Shown: positions 1 to 10,341, counted from the first letter of the stretch. The stretch is DNA of 64,000 nucleotides from an uncultured Syntrophomonadaceae bacterium (GCA_964441025.1 CAYTXG010000002.1:22787-86786), one strand, 5' to 3'. The notes: generated from the sequence alone by a model not told the origin. Translations and numbers: made by a program.

Positions 1-2
1 TT

Positions 3-623
3 ACCGTTAGAGCCGGGCTGTACACTTCTGACAGAAGAGCAATCAGTAAGTCTGTGAATGAAGCTATTCTGGCGACGGAACTCGGTGAAATTGAAAAACG
101 CCCTTACGGCAAGTTGTCCGGGGGGCAAAGGCGCAGGGTCGATATTGCCCGCGCGCTGGTTCAGAAACCCCGGATACTCTTTCTCGACGAGCCCACCACG
201 GGTCTTGACCCGCAGACCAGGAAAAGCATCTGGAACACTATCAGGGGGCTGCAGCTCCAAAGCGGGATGACCCTCTTTCTCACAACGCATTACATGGAGG
301 AGGCCGCGGGATCGGATTATGTCATCGTCATAGACCGCGGCAGGATCGTGGCCAAGGGTTCGCCGGCAGCGCTGAAGACACGCTATTCCTCAGATACCCT
401 GCGGCTCTTTGCATCAAATGAAGAGCCGCTGCGGCAGACATTGAAAGAACTGCAGCTTCTCTTCCAGGCGGCCCCGGGAGAGTACATTGTTCAACTGAAA
501 GATACCATGGCGGCCTTGCCAGTACTGGAGAGATGCAAGGGATTCATCAGCGGTTTCCAGGTTCTCCAGGGGACGATGGATGATGCTTTTATCAATATCG
601 TTGGGGAGGGGCTGGTTCAGTGA
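3..623 (+). CDS. ABC transporter ATP-binding subunit (5'-truncated by window edge)
   Basis: Frame is open to the window start. Signature LSGGQ, Walker B ILFLDEPTTGLD and switch LTTHYMEEA. Overlaps the permease start (GTGA). Confidence 0.93.
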   Translation, partial: TVRAGLYTSDRRAISKSVNEAILATELGEIEKRPYGKLSGGQRRRVDIARALVQKPRILFLDEPTTGLDPQTRKSIWNTIRGLQLQSGMTLFLTTHYMEEAAGSDYVIVIDRGRIVAKGSPAALKTRYSSDTLRLFASNEEPLRQTLKELQLLFQAAPGEYIVQLKDTMAALPVLERCKGFISGFQVLQGTMDDAFINIVGEGLVQ

Positions 624-1486
624 GATTGCTTGTAAAACGCAATCTCAAGCTATACTTTCGTGACAGGGGCGCAGTATTTTTCTCCCTGCTGGCGGTATTC
701 ATCATCATTGCCCTGTACGCTATATTTCTAAGCGATGTGTGGCTTTCAGGCAACATGCGTGATCTTCCCGGTATAGATTTTCTCATGAACAGCTGGATCG
801 TCTCGGGTCTTCTTGCCGTGGCGTCGCTGACAACGACAATGGGGGCCTTCGGTGTTCTCATCGACGACAAGGTGAAAAAAATAGAGAAAGATTTCCATGC
901 TTCGCCGGTTAAAAGGAGCAGCCTGGCGCAGGGTTACCTGGGCGGCGCTTTGCTCATAGGGATGATCATGACCCTTGTAACTTTTGCACTTTGCGAGCTA
1001 TATATCGTGCTCAAGGGCGGCCACTGGGTCCAACCTCTTCCCGCCCTGAAGATCCTGGGGCTCATCTTTCTTTCAACCATGACAAATACGTCGCTCGTCT
1101 GCTTCATCGTCTCCTTTTTCAAAACCCACCAATCCTTCGCTACAGCCTCAACAGTTATCGGAACGCTCATCGGTTTTCTTACCGGGGTGTACCTGCCCAT
1201 TGGCGCCCTGCCGCCGTCGGTGCAGACGGTGATCAAGCTCTTTCCGCCTTCCCATGCTGCCGCGCTCTTCAGGCAGGTGCTGATGGAGGAGCCCATGGGC
1301 ACTGTTTTCAAGATGGTCGATGAAAGCTATGTCCAGGGATTCAAAGAATTCATGGGGGTGACCTTCATCTGCAGCGGCCATGAGATCACGCCTCTGGTGA
1401 GCATCCTCATACTTGTAGGCATATCGATTATTTTCTACGGCTTATCATTCTGGAAACTGTCGCGAAGCAGTTTTAGAACGCTATAG
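620..1486 (+). CDS. ABC-2 type exporter permease
   Basis: 288 aa with about 6 hydrophobic segments, an N-terminal LKLYFRDR motif typical of ABC-2 permeases, and coupling to the ATPase. Confidence 0.88.
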   Translation: MRLLVKRNLKLYFRDRGAVFFSLLAVFIIIALYAIFLSDVWLSGNMRDLPGIDFLMNSWIVSGLLAVASLTTTMGAFGVLIDDKVKKIEKDFHASPVKRSSLAQGYLGGALLIGMIMTLVTFALCELYIVLKGGHWVQPLPALKILGLIFLSTMTNTSLVCFIVSFFKTHQSFATASTVIGTLIGFLTGVYLPIGALPPSVQTVIKLFPPSHAAALFRQVLMEEPMGTVFKMVDESYVQGFKEFMGVTFICSGHEITPLVSILILVGISIIFYGLSFWKLSRSSFRTL

Positions 1487-1610
1487 GACAGCAGTTATCC
1501 ATCTTCTGCAATTCATATCCAAAAGGCGTAGATGTTCCTTTGAAGGTCCCGGGGCTTAAGGTACGGCGATGCCTGCTGCCCCGATGTTTTTAAAATAAGA
1601 TCGGGATAGG

Positions 1611-2813
1611 CTAACCCTGCTGCTGCCGCAGGGTTTTTTTAACCCCGCCGGAAGGCTGACCCGCCCGTACATCCGGCAGGGTAAAAGAGAAGATAATCCC
1701 CAGAAGCGGCAGCAGGCAGATAATATGCATGGTGAAGGGGAGTCCGGCGCGATCAGCGATGGCGCCGAGAAGCGTTACTCCAACGGAACCCATACCTACA
1801 CCAAAGCCCATCACCAGCCCAGAAGCAAGCCCGATATTATGAGGCAGAAGCCGCTGTCCGAATACCACCGTGGTGGAAAATGTTGAAATAAGTGCCGCGC
1901 CGGCAATAAAAGCCGCGATTTGAACTGAAAACCCGCTGAGATGTAAAAAAGGGTAAATAGCAGCCAGGGAAATAACCATGGAGAGCAACAGGCCGTTCCG
2001 CCCGCCGAAACGATCGGCAAAGGGCCCGCCCAGGACAGTACCAATGGCGCCTGCAATTAAAAATGTTGTTACCAGGTACTCGGGCCTGGAGATACCGGAA
2101 GCCCCCTGAAAATAAAAAGGAATGAAATAGACCAATCCTGCCTGGATCCACGACCTCATCGTGACATACAAGACTAAAAATGTGAGGCTGCCCAGTCTAT
2201 TTTTACCCTGGGCAGCCTTTTGCTCCTGTTCCACAGCAGATCGGGAATGATTCTGAGCCAGGATGCCCTTCAGCCTGGGCATCAAAACAGTAAAAACCAG
2301 CGCGGCAATCGCTCCCGGAACTGCGATGCCGTAAACTGAGTCCAATCCGGAAAAGCTAAGAACAAAAACGACCAGCAAGGGCCCGAGTCCGTAGCCCAGG
2401 TTTCCCCCTACTGCAAATATGGCCATCGACGTCCCCGCCCGGTCGTCTTCGCTGATATGGTGCGCCAGTTTGGAGCCCTCGGGGTGATACCCGGCCACTC
2501 CCATGCCGCTTATAAGCACCACAAGCAGCAGCAGCCCAAAAGAGTTGACTGTACCCGTAAGCGCCAAACCAAAGCCGGAAATGAATAGCCCCAGGGGCAT
2601 TAACCAGGGCATGCTGTAGCGGTCGCTCAGTATGCCGAACAGGGGCTGGACAATAGCCGAGCTGAAGGTAAAGGCCAGTGCTATCAAGCCCACCTGGAAA
2701 TAGGTAAGATCAAGGCTTTTCGCCAGCAGCGGCGTCAGGATAGGCAGTGCGCCCTGGCATAGATCGATGGTGAGATGGCCGATGCTTAAAATCCACAAAT
2801 ATGGGCTGAACAT
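1611..2813 (-). CDS. MFS transporter, Fsr (fosmidomycin-resistance)-like
   Basis: About 12 TM segments, motif A-like FGILSDRYS and GGPFADRFGGR, and GHLTID/YHPEG motifs typical of the Fsr family. ATG 2813 has GAGGCAGG upstream; the ORF extends to TTG 2855. Confidence 0.85.
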   Translation of the reverse strand: MFSPYLWILSIGHLTIDLCQGALPILTPLLAKSLDLTYFQVGLIALAFTFSSAIVQPLFGILSDRYSMPWLMPLGLFISGFGLALTGTVNSFGLLLLVVLISGMGVAGYHPEGSKLAHHISEDDRAGTSMAIFAVGGNLGYGLGPLLVVFVLSFSGLDSVYGIAVPGAIAALVFTVLMPRLKGILAQNHSRSAVEQEQKAAQGKNRLGSLTFLVLYVTMRSWIQAGLVYFIPFYFQGASGISRPEYLVTTFLIAGAIGTVLGGPFADRFGGRNGLLLSMVISLAAIYPFLHLSGFSVQIAAFIAGAALISTFSTTVVFGQRLLPHNIGLASGLVMGFGVGMGSVGVTLLGAIADRAGLPFTMHIICLLPLLGIIFSFTLPDVRAGQPSGGVKKTLRQQQG

Positions 2814-2873
2814 ATTACCTGCCTCATTTCTTTGCTCCGGGACACGTTGTTCCAAGGGCTTTTTCTTCTTTCA

Positions 2874-2901
2874 ATCATATGTTATCTCAACACAAAAGCA
2901 A
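2874..2901 (-). promoter_or_regulatory. Possible SigA promoter for the MFS gene
   Basis: Minus strand TTGCTT-16 nt-TATGAT. Confidence 0.35.
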
Positions 2902-3360
2902 AGGGTCCGCATCTGAAAAAAGATATATCGGGATTTGCCCGGGTGAACATCCTTTCATCCATTCCATGTGCCGGCACGCCGGGCACATGGCAATAGATCA
3001 TGGTCAGACCCTTTGCGTTAAAAAGGTTTGGCCTTGAACATTTGGTATGCGGTGGGGGAGCCGGATGGCCTTCTTTCTCACAGGCCATCCGGCGAATATT
3101 CCGTACATGGCCCCGTTCTTAATATCTCCGTAGAGGAGATAGATGCCGGAAGAGTACCTTCCAACCTGTGTCCCCAACATGCCTTGAACAATCATAACAA
3201 TTTGTTGCATGGAGATCAACAGAATGCACCTATTGTGGCAATCCCGCTGTTTACAATGTATGATCTGATGCATCGGCAGCGGCGTGATTCAAATGGGCTA
3301 TCTTGTGGGCAAGCAAACTTATATCACCGGATCCCCGGATTCCCGGAAAATTTCTTTGAA

Positions 3361-3401
3361 AATGGGGACAACGTTGGACAGTTCTGAAGCAGGGGTTGTC
3401 C
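3361..3401 (-). repeat. REP-like palindrome, AGAAC(C/T)GTCC family (copy 1)
   Basis: Stem GGACAAC/GTTGTCC around AGAACTGTCC. Aligns with 7049-7073 (AGAACCGTCCCACCGTGTTGTCCC versus AGAACTGTCCAACGTTGTCCC). Confidence 0.55.
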
Positions 3402-3449
3402 GGAGGTGCTTGACAGGAGTGCAGATATACCCGGCTATCGACGGGTGGT

Positions 3450-5123
3450 CTATTGGGCGGTTCTTTTCTTCTCCTCTTCGCGAAGAATACGGCGTATGAC
3501 CTTGCCAACCATGCTTTTGGGCAGCTCTGCGCGGAATTCGACCAGCTTGGGCACCTTAAATGCAGCAAGTCCGGCTTTGCAGAATTCGATGACCTCGTCA
3601 GCGGTCAGCATTTCGCCTTCTTTGAGAACGACATAGGCTTTCAAAGTTTCACCGCGGTAGGGATCCCTGATCCCCGTTACCGCAGCCTCCAATATTTTTG
3701 GATGGGAGAAAAGGACCTCTTCGATGTCGCGGGGGTAGATATTGTAGCCGCCGGCAATGACCATATCATTTTTGCGGTCAATGATATAAGTGTAGCCTTC
3801 TTCATCCATGCGGCCGATATCTCCGGTATACAGCCACCCGTCGCGCAAATTCTGTTCCGTCTCTACTGGCAAGTTATGGTAACCCTCCATCACCTGCGGT
3901 CCTCTTACGCAAATTTCACCCAACTTCCCAATTGGCATCTCGGTTTCGCCTGTCTCAATATCCATAATTTTTACGTCGGTATCGGGTACCGGGAGTCCGA
4001 CACTGCCGGCAATATTTTTGCCGTAGATGGGGTTTGCATGGGTGAGCGTGGAGGCTTCGGAAAGTCCGTAGCCTTCCACAAGTTTGCCTCCCGTGTTTTT
4101 TTCAAACTGGCGCCTCACTTCGGCCGGCAGAGGCGCCGCGCCGCTCATACAAATTTTAATAGATTTGATATCGTACTTATGCAGGTCGGGAGCGCTGTTG
4201 ATCGCCACATACATGGTCGGCACTCCCGGTAAAAGGGTGGGTTTCTCCTTGTGGATAGTTTTCAGGACATCCTTTAGCACAAAGCGGGGGAGCATTACCA
4301 CTTTGCATCCGACAAAAAGGGGCATGTTCAAAGCCATGGTGATCCCATAAGCGTGAAAGAAGGGGAGTATGGCCAGGAGGATTTCTTTTCCCTTCTCAAA
4401 TGTGGGCATCCAGGCCGTCATCTGCTGCGTGTTGGCCAGAATATGTCTATGCTGCATTATTGCTCCCTTGGAGGCGCCGGTGGAGCCTCCCGTATACATG
4501 TAGGCGGCCCTGTCCTCAGGCGCCACTTTGACGGGGGCGGGTTTTTTACCCATGTTATCCTGCATTATTTTCAGGAAACTGTAGTCCTCCGGGGCGATTT
4601 TAACCCGGTCACCTTCATTTTTTTCCCTGGTGATGGTGTAAAGGAGACGCAAAGCTGCAGGAAAGTAATCCTTGATATTGGTTACAATGATGTTTTTCAA
4701 AACGGTTTGGCCTTGAATATCTTTGACCATCCTGTAGAAACGGGTCATGGTAATGATGGTGCCGGCACCGGAATCATTAAGCTGATAAGCCAATTCACGG
4801 GCTACGTACATTATATTGCAGGGAACTGCAATAGCCCCGATAGAGAGGGCGCCATAATAGGCTATAGGGAACTGCGTGCAATTGGGCAGATGTATGGCAA
4901 CGCGGTCGCCCTTTTTTACTCCCAGTTCTTCCAGGGCTGCAGCAAAGGCATCAATTAGAATAAGCAGTTCCCGGTAAGTAAATTCGCGGCCCATAAAAGA
5001 GATGGCTTTGTTGTCGGGATAACATTCAACAGCTTTCCTGTACATCTCATAAAGTGATATCTCAGGGTAGTCGATGCTGAGCAAGACTGCAGGTTCATAA
5101 CTTTTCAACCAGAATCTGGTCAT
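3450..5123 (-). CDS. fadD: Long-chain fatty acid-CoA ligase (LcfA/FadD family)
   Basis: AMP-binding motif YTGGSTGASKG, YGLSE, GWLYTGD and a C-terminal LPKSMVGK lysine. SD AAGGAGG. Confidence 0.9.
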   Translation of the reverse strand: MTRFWLKSYEPAVLLSIDYPEISLYEMYRKAVECYPDNKAISFMGREFTYRELLILIDAFAAALEELGVKKGDRVAIHLPNCTQFPIAYYGALSIGAIAVPCNIMYVARELAYQLNDSGAGTIITMTRFYRMVKDIQGQTVLKNIIVTNIKDYFPAALRLLYTITREKNEGDRVKIAPEDYSFLKIMQDNMGKKPAPVKVAPEDRAAYMYTGGSTGASKGAIMQHRHILANTQQMTAWMPTFEKGKEILLAILPFFHAYGITMALNMPLFVGCKVVMLPRFVLKDVLKTIHKEKPTLLPGVPTMYVAINSAPDLHKYDIKSIKICMSGAAPLPAEVRRQFEKNTGGKLVEGYGLSEASTLTHANPIYGKNIAGSVGLPVPDTDVKIMDIETGETEMPIGKLGEICVRGPQVMEGYHNLPVETEQNLRDGWLYTGDIGRMDEEGYTYIIDRKNDMVIAGGYNIYPRDIEEVLFSHPKILEAAVTGIRDPYRGETLKAYVVLKEGEMLTADEVIEFCKAGLAAFKVPKLVEFRAELPKSMVGKVIRRILREEEKKRTAQ

Positions 5124-5212
5124 GCTGCTCCTCCTTCTCAGGCAGATATGTGGGTGATACCGGGACCTGCATCACCGGCCGTGGATAGCGGGGACTGCCT
5201 TATATTATCTAT

Positions 5213-5244
5213 ATAATATTCTGCAAGATTCCGAAGATTCCTTC
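5213..5244 (-). promoter_or_regulatory. SigH-type promoter of fadD
   Basis: Minus strand GAAGGAATC-11-GCAGAATAT (AGGA-17-GAAT). Confidence 0.6.
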
Positions 5245-5318
5245 AAAAGGGTGGGCAAAGATGAAAATTTTGGCAGCGGGCGGGAACGCAGGAGGAGCGT
5301 CCCTCCGTGTTTTCCAGG

Positions 5319-5353
5319 GAAAGAACGAAAGGGCCGGCCCGTCAGGACCGGCC
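5319..5353 (-). terminator. Probable intrinsic terminator after hcp
   Basis: GGCCGG/CCGGCC stem followed on the minus strand by CTTTCGTTCTTT. Confidence 0.5.
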
Positions 5354-5379
5354 TTGATACCTTGAGGGACAGCTTTTAT

Positions 5380-7010
5380 CTATTGCTCCATGAACATTTC
5401 CAGGTCCGCATCAACGGTGCCGATGCTGCTCAGGCCGAATTTATCCACGAGCACATTGGCAACATTGGGAGAGAGAAATCCGGGAAGCGTGGGTCCAAGG
5501 TGAATATTTTTAACACCCAGGTAGAGCAGCGCCAGGAGGACGATAACCGCCTTCTGTTCATACCAGGCGATATTGTAGGCGATGGGCAATTCATTGATGT
5601 CATCAAGCCCGAAAGCCTCTTTTAGCTTCAGCGCGATGACAGCCAGAGAGTAGCAGTCGTTGCACTGCCCGGCGTCCAGGATCCTGGGGATGCCGCCAAT
5701 ATTGCCTAAATCCAACTTGTTGTAGCGATATTTGGCACAGCCGGCGGTAAGAATGAGCGTATCCCGTGGGATTCTTTTGGCAAATTCCGTGTAATATTCC
5801 CTTGATTTCATCCGGCCGTCGCAGCCGGCCATGACGAAGAATTTTTTAATTGCTCCTGACTTGACGGCTTCGATAATTTTATCTGCCAGGGCCAGCACCT
5901 GATTGTGTGCGAAGCCGCCCAGAATGGTGCCGCTTCAATTTCCTCCGGTGGGGGTAGAGTTTTCGCCAGGGCGATGATTTCGGAAAAGTCCTTTTTTCCT
6001 CTTTCACCAGTCGCTATATGCTTGCAACCGGGGTAGCCGGTGGAGCCTGTGGTAAAGATTCTGCCCCTGACTTCTTCACTCCGGGGAGGGACAATGCAGT
6101 TGGTGGTAAAGAGAACAGGGCCGTGAAAGGAGGGAAACTCATCCAGCTGTTTCCACCAGGCGCTGCCGTAGTTGCCGGCAAAATGATCGTACTTCTTGAA
6201 AGCTGGATATGAATGAGCGGGCAGCATCTCGCTGTGAGTGTATACATCCACACCTGTACCTCTTGTCTGCTCCAGCAACTGCTCCAGGTCCGTCAGATCA
6301 TGGCCGGAAATAAGGATGGCAGGATTTTTCCTGACGCCGATATTGACCTCAGTCATCTCTGGATGTCCAAATCTGGATGAGTGGGCCTGATCAAGCAGGG
6401 CCGTCACCTTTACGCCGTGCTCCCCTGTTCGCAGTGTAAGCGCCAGCAGATCATCAGCGGAAAGCGAATCACTCAGTGTTTCGGCCAGCGCTTCGTATAT
6501 AAAGGCGTTTACATCCAGGTTCTCTTGTCCAATGTTCTTTGCATGTTCGGCATAAGCCGCCATTCCCTTCAGGCCGTAGGTGATCATCTCACGAAGGGAT
6601 CGCACATCCTCATCGGCTGTTGACAGCACCCCAAAAGCAGCCGCCTTTTCCAGCATCTCCTCCCTTGAGCCAACGGCAAATACTGCAGCATCGTGCAAAT
6701 TATCCAGAGAAACGGATTTTCTTAGCTCATCCCGAAGGTCGATCATTTTGTTGATCTTTTTCTCGAAAGATCCGTCATCAAAATTTGCATTGGTAATAGT
6801 CATAAACAGGCTGCTGAGCACTTCGTAGTTTGTACTGTCAAGAGCGCTGATATCGAATTTGCCTCTGATAACAATTTCTGAAATGCCCTTAAGCGTGTAG
6901 ATGAGAAGATCCTGCAGTCCGGCCAGTTCTGCATCTTTACCGCAGATACCGCGAACTGTGCAGCCCTTACCCCTGGCGGTCTCCTGACACTGATAACAGA
7001 ACATACTCAT
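5380..7010 (-). pseudogene. hcp: Hydroxylamine reductase / hybrid cluster protein, split by a 1-nt frameshift near 5931-5936
   Basis: N-terminus [25 protein letters not shown] (ATG 7010, SD AAGGAG), plus [34 protein letters not shown] and AWYEQKA. The conserved [15 protein letters not shown] continues in another frame. The span of 1631 nt is one short of 544 codons. Confidence 0.9.
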
Positions 7011-7041
7011 AGTATTTTTCCTCCTTTTTAAGCATGGTCCG

Positions 7042-7090
7042 AACACAAGAGAACCGTCCCACCGTGTTGTCCCTTCGTGCTGGTTGTCCT
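7042..7090 (+). repeat. REP-like palindrome, AGAACCGTCCC family (copy 2)
   Basis: AACAC/GTGTT stem around AAGAGAACCGTCCCACC, followed by two GTTGTCC units. Confidence 0.6.
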
Positions 7091-7095
7091 TTAAT

Positions 7096-7127
7096 TCGAT
7101 ATTCCATTTGGATAGCGTTTCTCCTTT
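7096..7127 (-). promoter_or_regulatory. SigH-type promoter of hcp
   Basis: Minus strand AAAGGAGAA-11-ATGGAATAT (AGGA-17-GAAT). Confidence 0.55.
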
Positions 7128-7131
7128 TTCA

Positions 7132-7145
7132 CGGATAAATATCCG
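7132..7145. promoter_or_regulatory. Candidate operator palindrome upstream of the hcp promoter
   Basis: Perfect dyad CGGATA-AA-TATCCG directly upstream of the putative -35. Confidence 0.4.
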
Positions 7146-7232
7146 ATCCCGTGTCTGTGAGGGAGAGAAGAGCAGGAAGAGGGAGAGCATAATTGAGGTA
7201 AAATTGACGATTGTTGGAGCGCTTCGTTTAAA

Positions 7233-7261
7233 TTGCCTTGCGGAGCCAACTGTGCTATACT
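7233..7261 (+). promoter_or_regulatory. SigA promoter of rpsB-tsf
   Basis: TTGCCT-17-TATACT with an extended TG. Confidence 0.75.
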
Positions 7262-7276
7262 ACCGGAGGATAATTT

Positions 7277-7370
7277 AAATTACACACGCCTCCGGAGCGC
7301 GGACCGGGTCAGCCGCCAGCAGGCTGCGGGAAGTGTCGTGAGGGAGCGCGGTGGATAAACCAGGGGAGGA
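7277..7370 (+). ncRNA. rpsB (S2) autogenous leader, cis-regulatory
   Basis: Begins ACACACGC as in known S2 leaders. GC-rich stems (CGCCTCC..., CGCG/CGCG, CAGC/GCTG) lie between promoter and SD. Confidence 0.6.
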
Positions 7371-7376
7371 TTTTTT

Positions 7377-8204
7377 TTGGCAACCGTAACAATGAAACAG
7401 CTACTCGAGGCGGGGGTTCACTTCGGGCACCAGACCCGGCGTTGGAACCCCAAGATGAAGAGCTACATTTTTACCGAGCGCAACGGCATCTACATTATTG
7501 ACCTGCAGAAGACAGTGAAACTCATGGATGTGGCCTACAACTTTGTGCGCGATATAGCCGCAAGAGGCGGCCATATCGTTTTTGTGGGCACCAAGAAACA
7601 GGCGCAGGAATCGATTGTGCTTGAAACGGAAAGATGCGGCATGCATTATGTGAATCAGCGCTGGCTTGGCGGGATGCTGACAAATTTCCAGACTATCGGC
7701 CGGCGGATTCAGCGGCTTCATGATCTTGAAAAAATGGAGGCGGACGGCACTTTTGATGTGCTGCCTAAAAAAGAGGTACTCATCCTGAAGCATGAGCATG
7801 CCAAGCTGCTGAAGTTTCTAGGCGGTATCAGGAACCTGAAGGGACTGCCTGATGCTGTTTACGTCGTTGATCCTCGCAAAGAGAGAATTGCCGTGGCAGA
7901 GGCGCGCAAGCTGGGCATACCCATCATTGCCATCGTTGACACCAACTGCGACCCCGATGAGATAGATTACATCATTCCGGGGAACGATGACGCCATCAGG
8001 GCAATCAAGCTGATTACTTCGCTCATGGCTGATGCTGTTATCGAGGGACGGCATCTTTTAGAGGCGGAAGAGGCGGAAGAGGACGACGCAGGAGAAGAGG
8101 CAGCGCCGCTCGGGGAGGCTGATGTAGAGAGTGAAACCGGTATACCGGAGGAAACACCGGAAGAAGACAGGGATATTGAGGCTTCTGAAAAACCTGCCGG
8201 TTAA
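7377..8204 (+). CDS. rpsB: 30S ribosomal protein S2
   Basis: [19 protein letters not shown] and GNDDAIRA; acidic C-terminal tail; TTG start. Confidence 0.98.
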   Translation: MATVTMKQLLEAGVHFGHQTRRWNPKMKSYIFTERNGIYIIDLQKTVKLMDVAYNFVRDIAARGGHIVFVGTKKQAQESIVLETERCGMHYVNQRWLGGMLTNFQTIGRRIQRLHDLEKMEADGTFDVLPKKEVLILKHEHAKLLKFLGGIRNLKGLPDAVYVVDPRKERIAVAEARKLGIPIIAIVDTNCDPDEIDYIIPGNDDAIRAIKLITSLMADAVIEGRHLLEAEEAEEDDAGEEAAPLGEADVESETGIPEETPEEDRDIEASEKPAG

Positions 8205-8224
8205 CGGTCAAGGAGGGCTTGAAT

Positions 8225-8860
8225 ATGAAAATTGACGCAAAAGCGGTGAAATCTTTACGCGAAAAAACAGGAGCCGGTATGATGGATTGCAAAAAAGCGC
8301 TTCAGGAAGCCGGCGGAGATGAAGAAAAAGCTGTTGTAATTTTAAGGGAAAAAGGTCTGGTTGCAGCGGCGCGGAGGGCCGGCCAGGCGGCAATGCAGGG
8401 GGCGGTCGATGCCTATATCCACCTGGGGGGCAAGGTGGGCGTACTTGTTGAGGTAAACTGCGAAACTGATTTTGTAGCTCGGAATGAGCAGTTTCGCGAA
8501 TTTACACGTAATATATGCCTGCAGGTGGCGGCGTCAAACCCGCTGTACATTGAGAAAGAGGATGTCCCCCGGGATATCCTGGAGAAAGAAAGGGCCGTGC
8601 TGCGCGGCCAGGCTCTTCGCGAAGGCAAACCGGAGAAGGTTATCGAGCGCATTATCGAAGGGCGCATCGACAAGTACTTTCAGGAAAACTGCCTTCTCGA
8701 GCAGCCCTACATCAAGGATCCGGACCAGTCTGTCCGCGATTTGCTCAACGGGCTTATCGCGAGGATTGGAGAGAATATTGTAATAAGGCGCTTCAGCCGC
8801 TTTGCCGTAGGCGAAGAGGCGGAGAGCATTTCCTCCCCAGGGGGCGAAACATGTGAATAA
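8225..8860 (+). CDS. tsf: Elongation factor Ts (short form)
   Basis: LREKTGAGMMDCKKAL and VEVNCETDFVA. ATG 8225 lies 7 nt after AGGAGGG. Confidence 0.97.
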   Translation: MKIDAKAVKSLREKTGAGMMDCKKALQEAGGDEEKAVVILREKGLVAAARRAGQAAMQGAVDAYIHLGGKVGVLVEVNCETDFVARNEQFREFTRNICLQVAASNPLYIEKEDVPRDILEKERAVLRGQALREGKPEKVIERIIEGRIDKYFQENCLLEQPYIKDPDQSVRDLLNGLIARIGENIVIRRFSRFAVGEEAESISSPGGETCE

Positions 8861-8890
8861 AAAAGAACACCTTGCGTGTTCTTTTTTTTC
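8859..8890 (+). terminator. Intrinsic terminator after tsf
   Basis: AAAAAGAACAC-CTTGC-GTGTTCTTTTT plus a T run. Confidence 0.85.
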
Positions 8891-8940
8891 ACCTGAAAAA
8901 GGATTGCCGCCTGAAGCCGTCGAATAGATTGGGGGGTTGA

Positions 8941-9666
<726 letters not shown>

Positions 9667-9668
9667 AT

Positions 9669-10226
9669 ATGCTTGAGGAGATCTATGTGGAAACCGATGA
9701 GCGGATGGAGAAGGTAATCGGAGCCTTTCAGCGAGAGCTGGCCACCCTGCGTGCGGGGCGGGCTACTCCGGCCTTGCTGGACCGCATTGAGGTCAACTAC
9801 TATGACGCCCCCACTCCCCTGATTCAGCTGGCCGGGATCACCGCTCCCGAACCCCGGCTTCTCGTGATTCAGCCCTGGGATAAATCTTCCATCGGGAATA
9901 TTGAGAAAGCTCTTTTAAAATCCGACCTGGGGCTTACGCCTATTAATGACGGAAATGTGATCAGGCTGAACATTCCCCAGCTGACGGAGGAGAGACGCCG
10001 TGAACTGGTCAAGCACTTGCGAAAAAAAGCTGAAGAAAGCCGTGTCGGAATCCGGAATGCCAGGCGCGACGCCAATGATGCGCTCAAGCAGTTGGAAAAA
10101 TCCGGCGACATTTCAGAGGACGGCTGGAGGCGGGCCCAGGATGAGATTCAGGAACTCACTGACGAGAAAATCGCTCGCATAGATGAGCTTCTCCAGACAA
10201 AAGAAAAAGAAGTGTTGGAAGTTTAG
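9669..10226 (+). CDS. frr: Ribosome recycling factor
   Basis: [12 protein letters not shown] and [14 protein letters not shown]. Confidence 0.97.
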   Translation: MLEEIYVETDERMEKVIGAFQRELATLRAGRATPALLDRIEVNYYDAPTPLIQLAGITAPEPRLLVIQPWDKSSIGNIEKALLKSDLGLTPINDGNVIRLNIPQLTEERRRELVKHLRKKAEESRVGIRNARRDANDALKQLEKSGDISEDGWRRAQDEIQELTDEKIARIDELLQTKEKEVLEV

Positions 10227-10341
10227 GGCCGGCGGGGCGCTCTCCCCGCGGCCGAAGGCCGGTACGTTTGATGCGGCTCTTCCTTGCGCAGGGGGAGCCG
10301 TTAACGCTAAAATAGAGAAAAAGCTGCGAGGAACTGGAGCA

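Noticed and set aside
3000-3040. c-di-GMP-I riboswitch resemblance (minus strand GGCCAAACC...ACGCAAAG GGTCTGA)
   Set aside because: No P2 stem with a GNRA loop between the GCAAA-like motifs, and the spacing is too short.
3028-3387. 119-aa + strand ORF, and the 89-aa minus ORF 3004-3273
   Set aside because: No SD, no recognisable motifs, and they run across palindromes and repeats. The HCKQRDCHNRC and ECTYCG segments are too weak to call a metal-binding protein.
5920-5945. Programmed ribosomal frameshift in hcp
   Set aside because: No slippery heptamer or obvious stimulator at the break; a deletion or assembly error is simpler.
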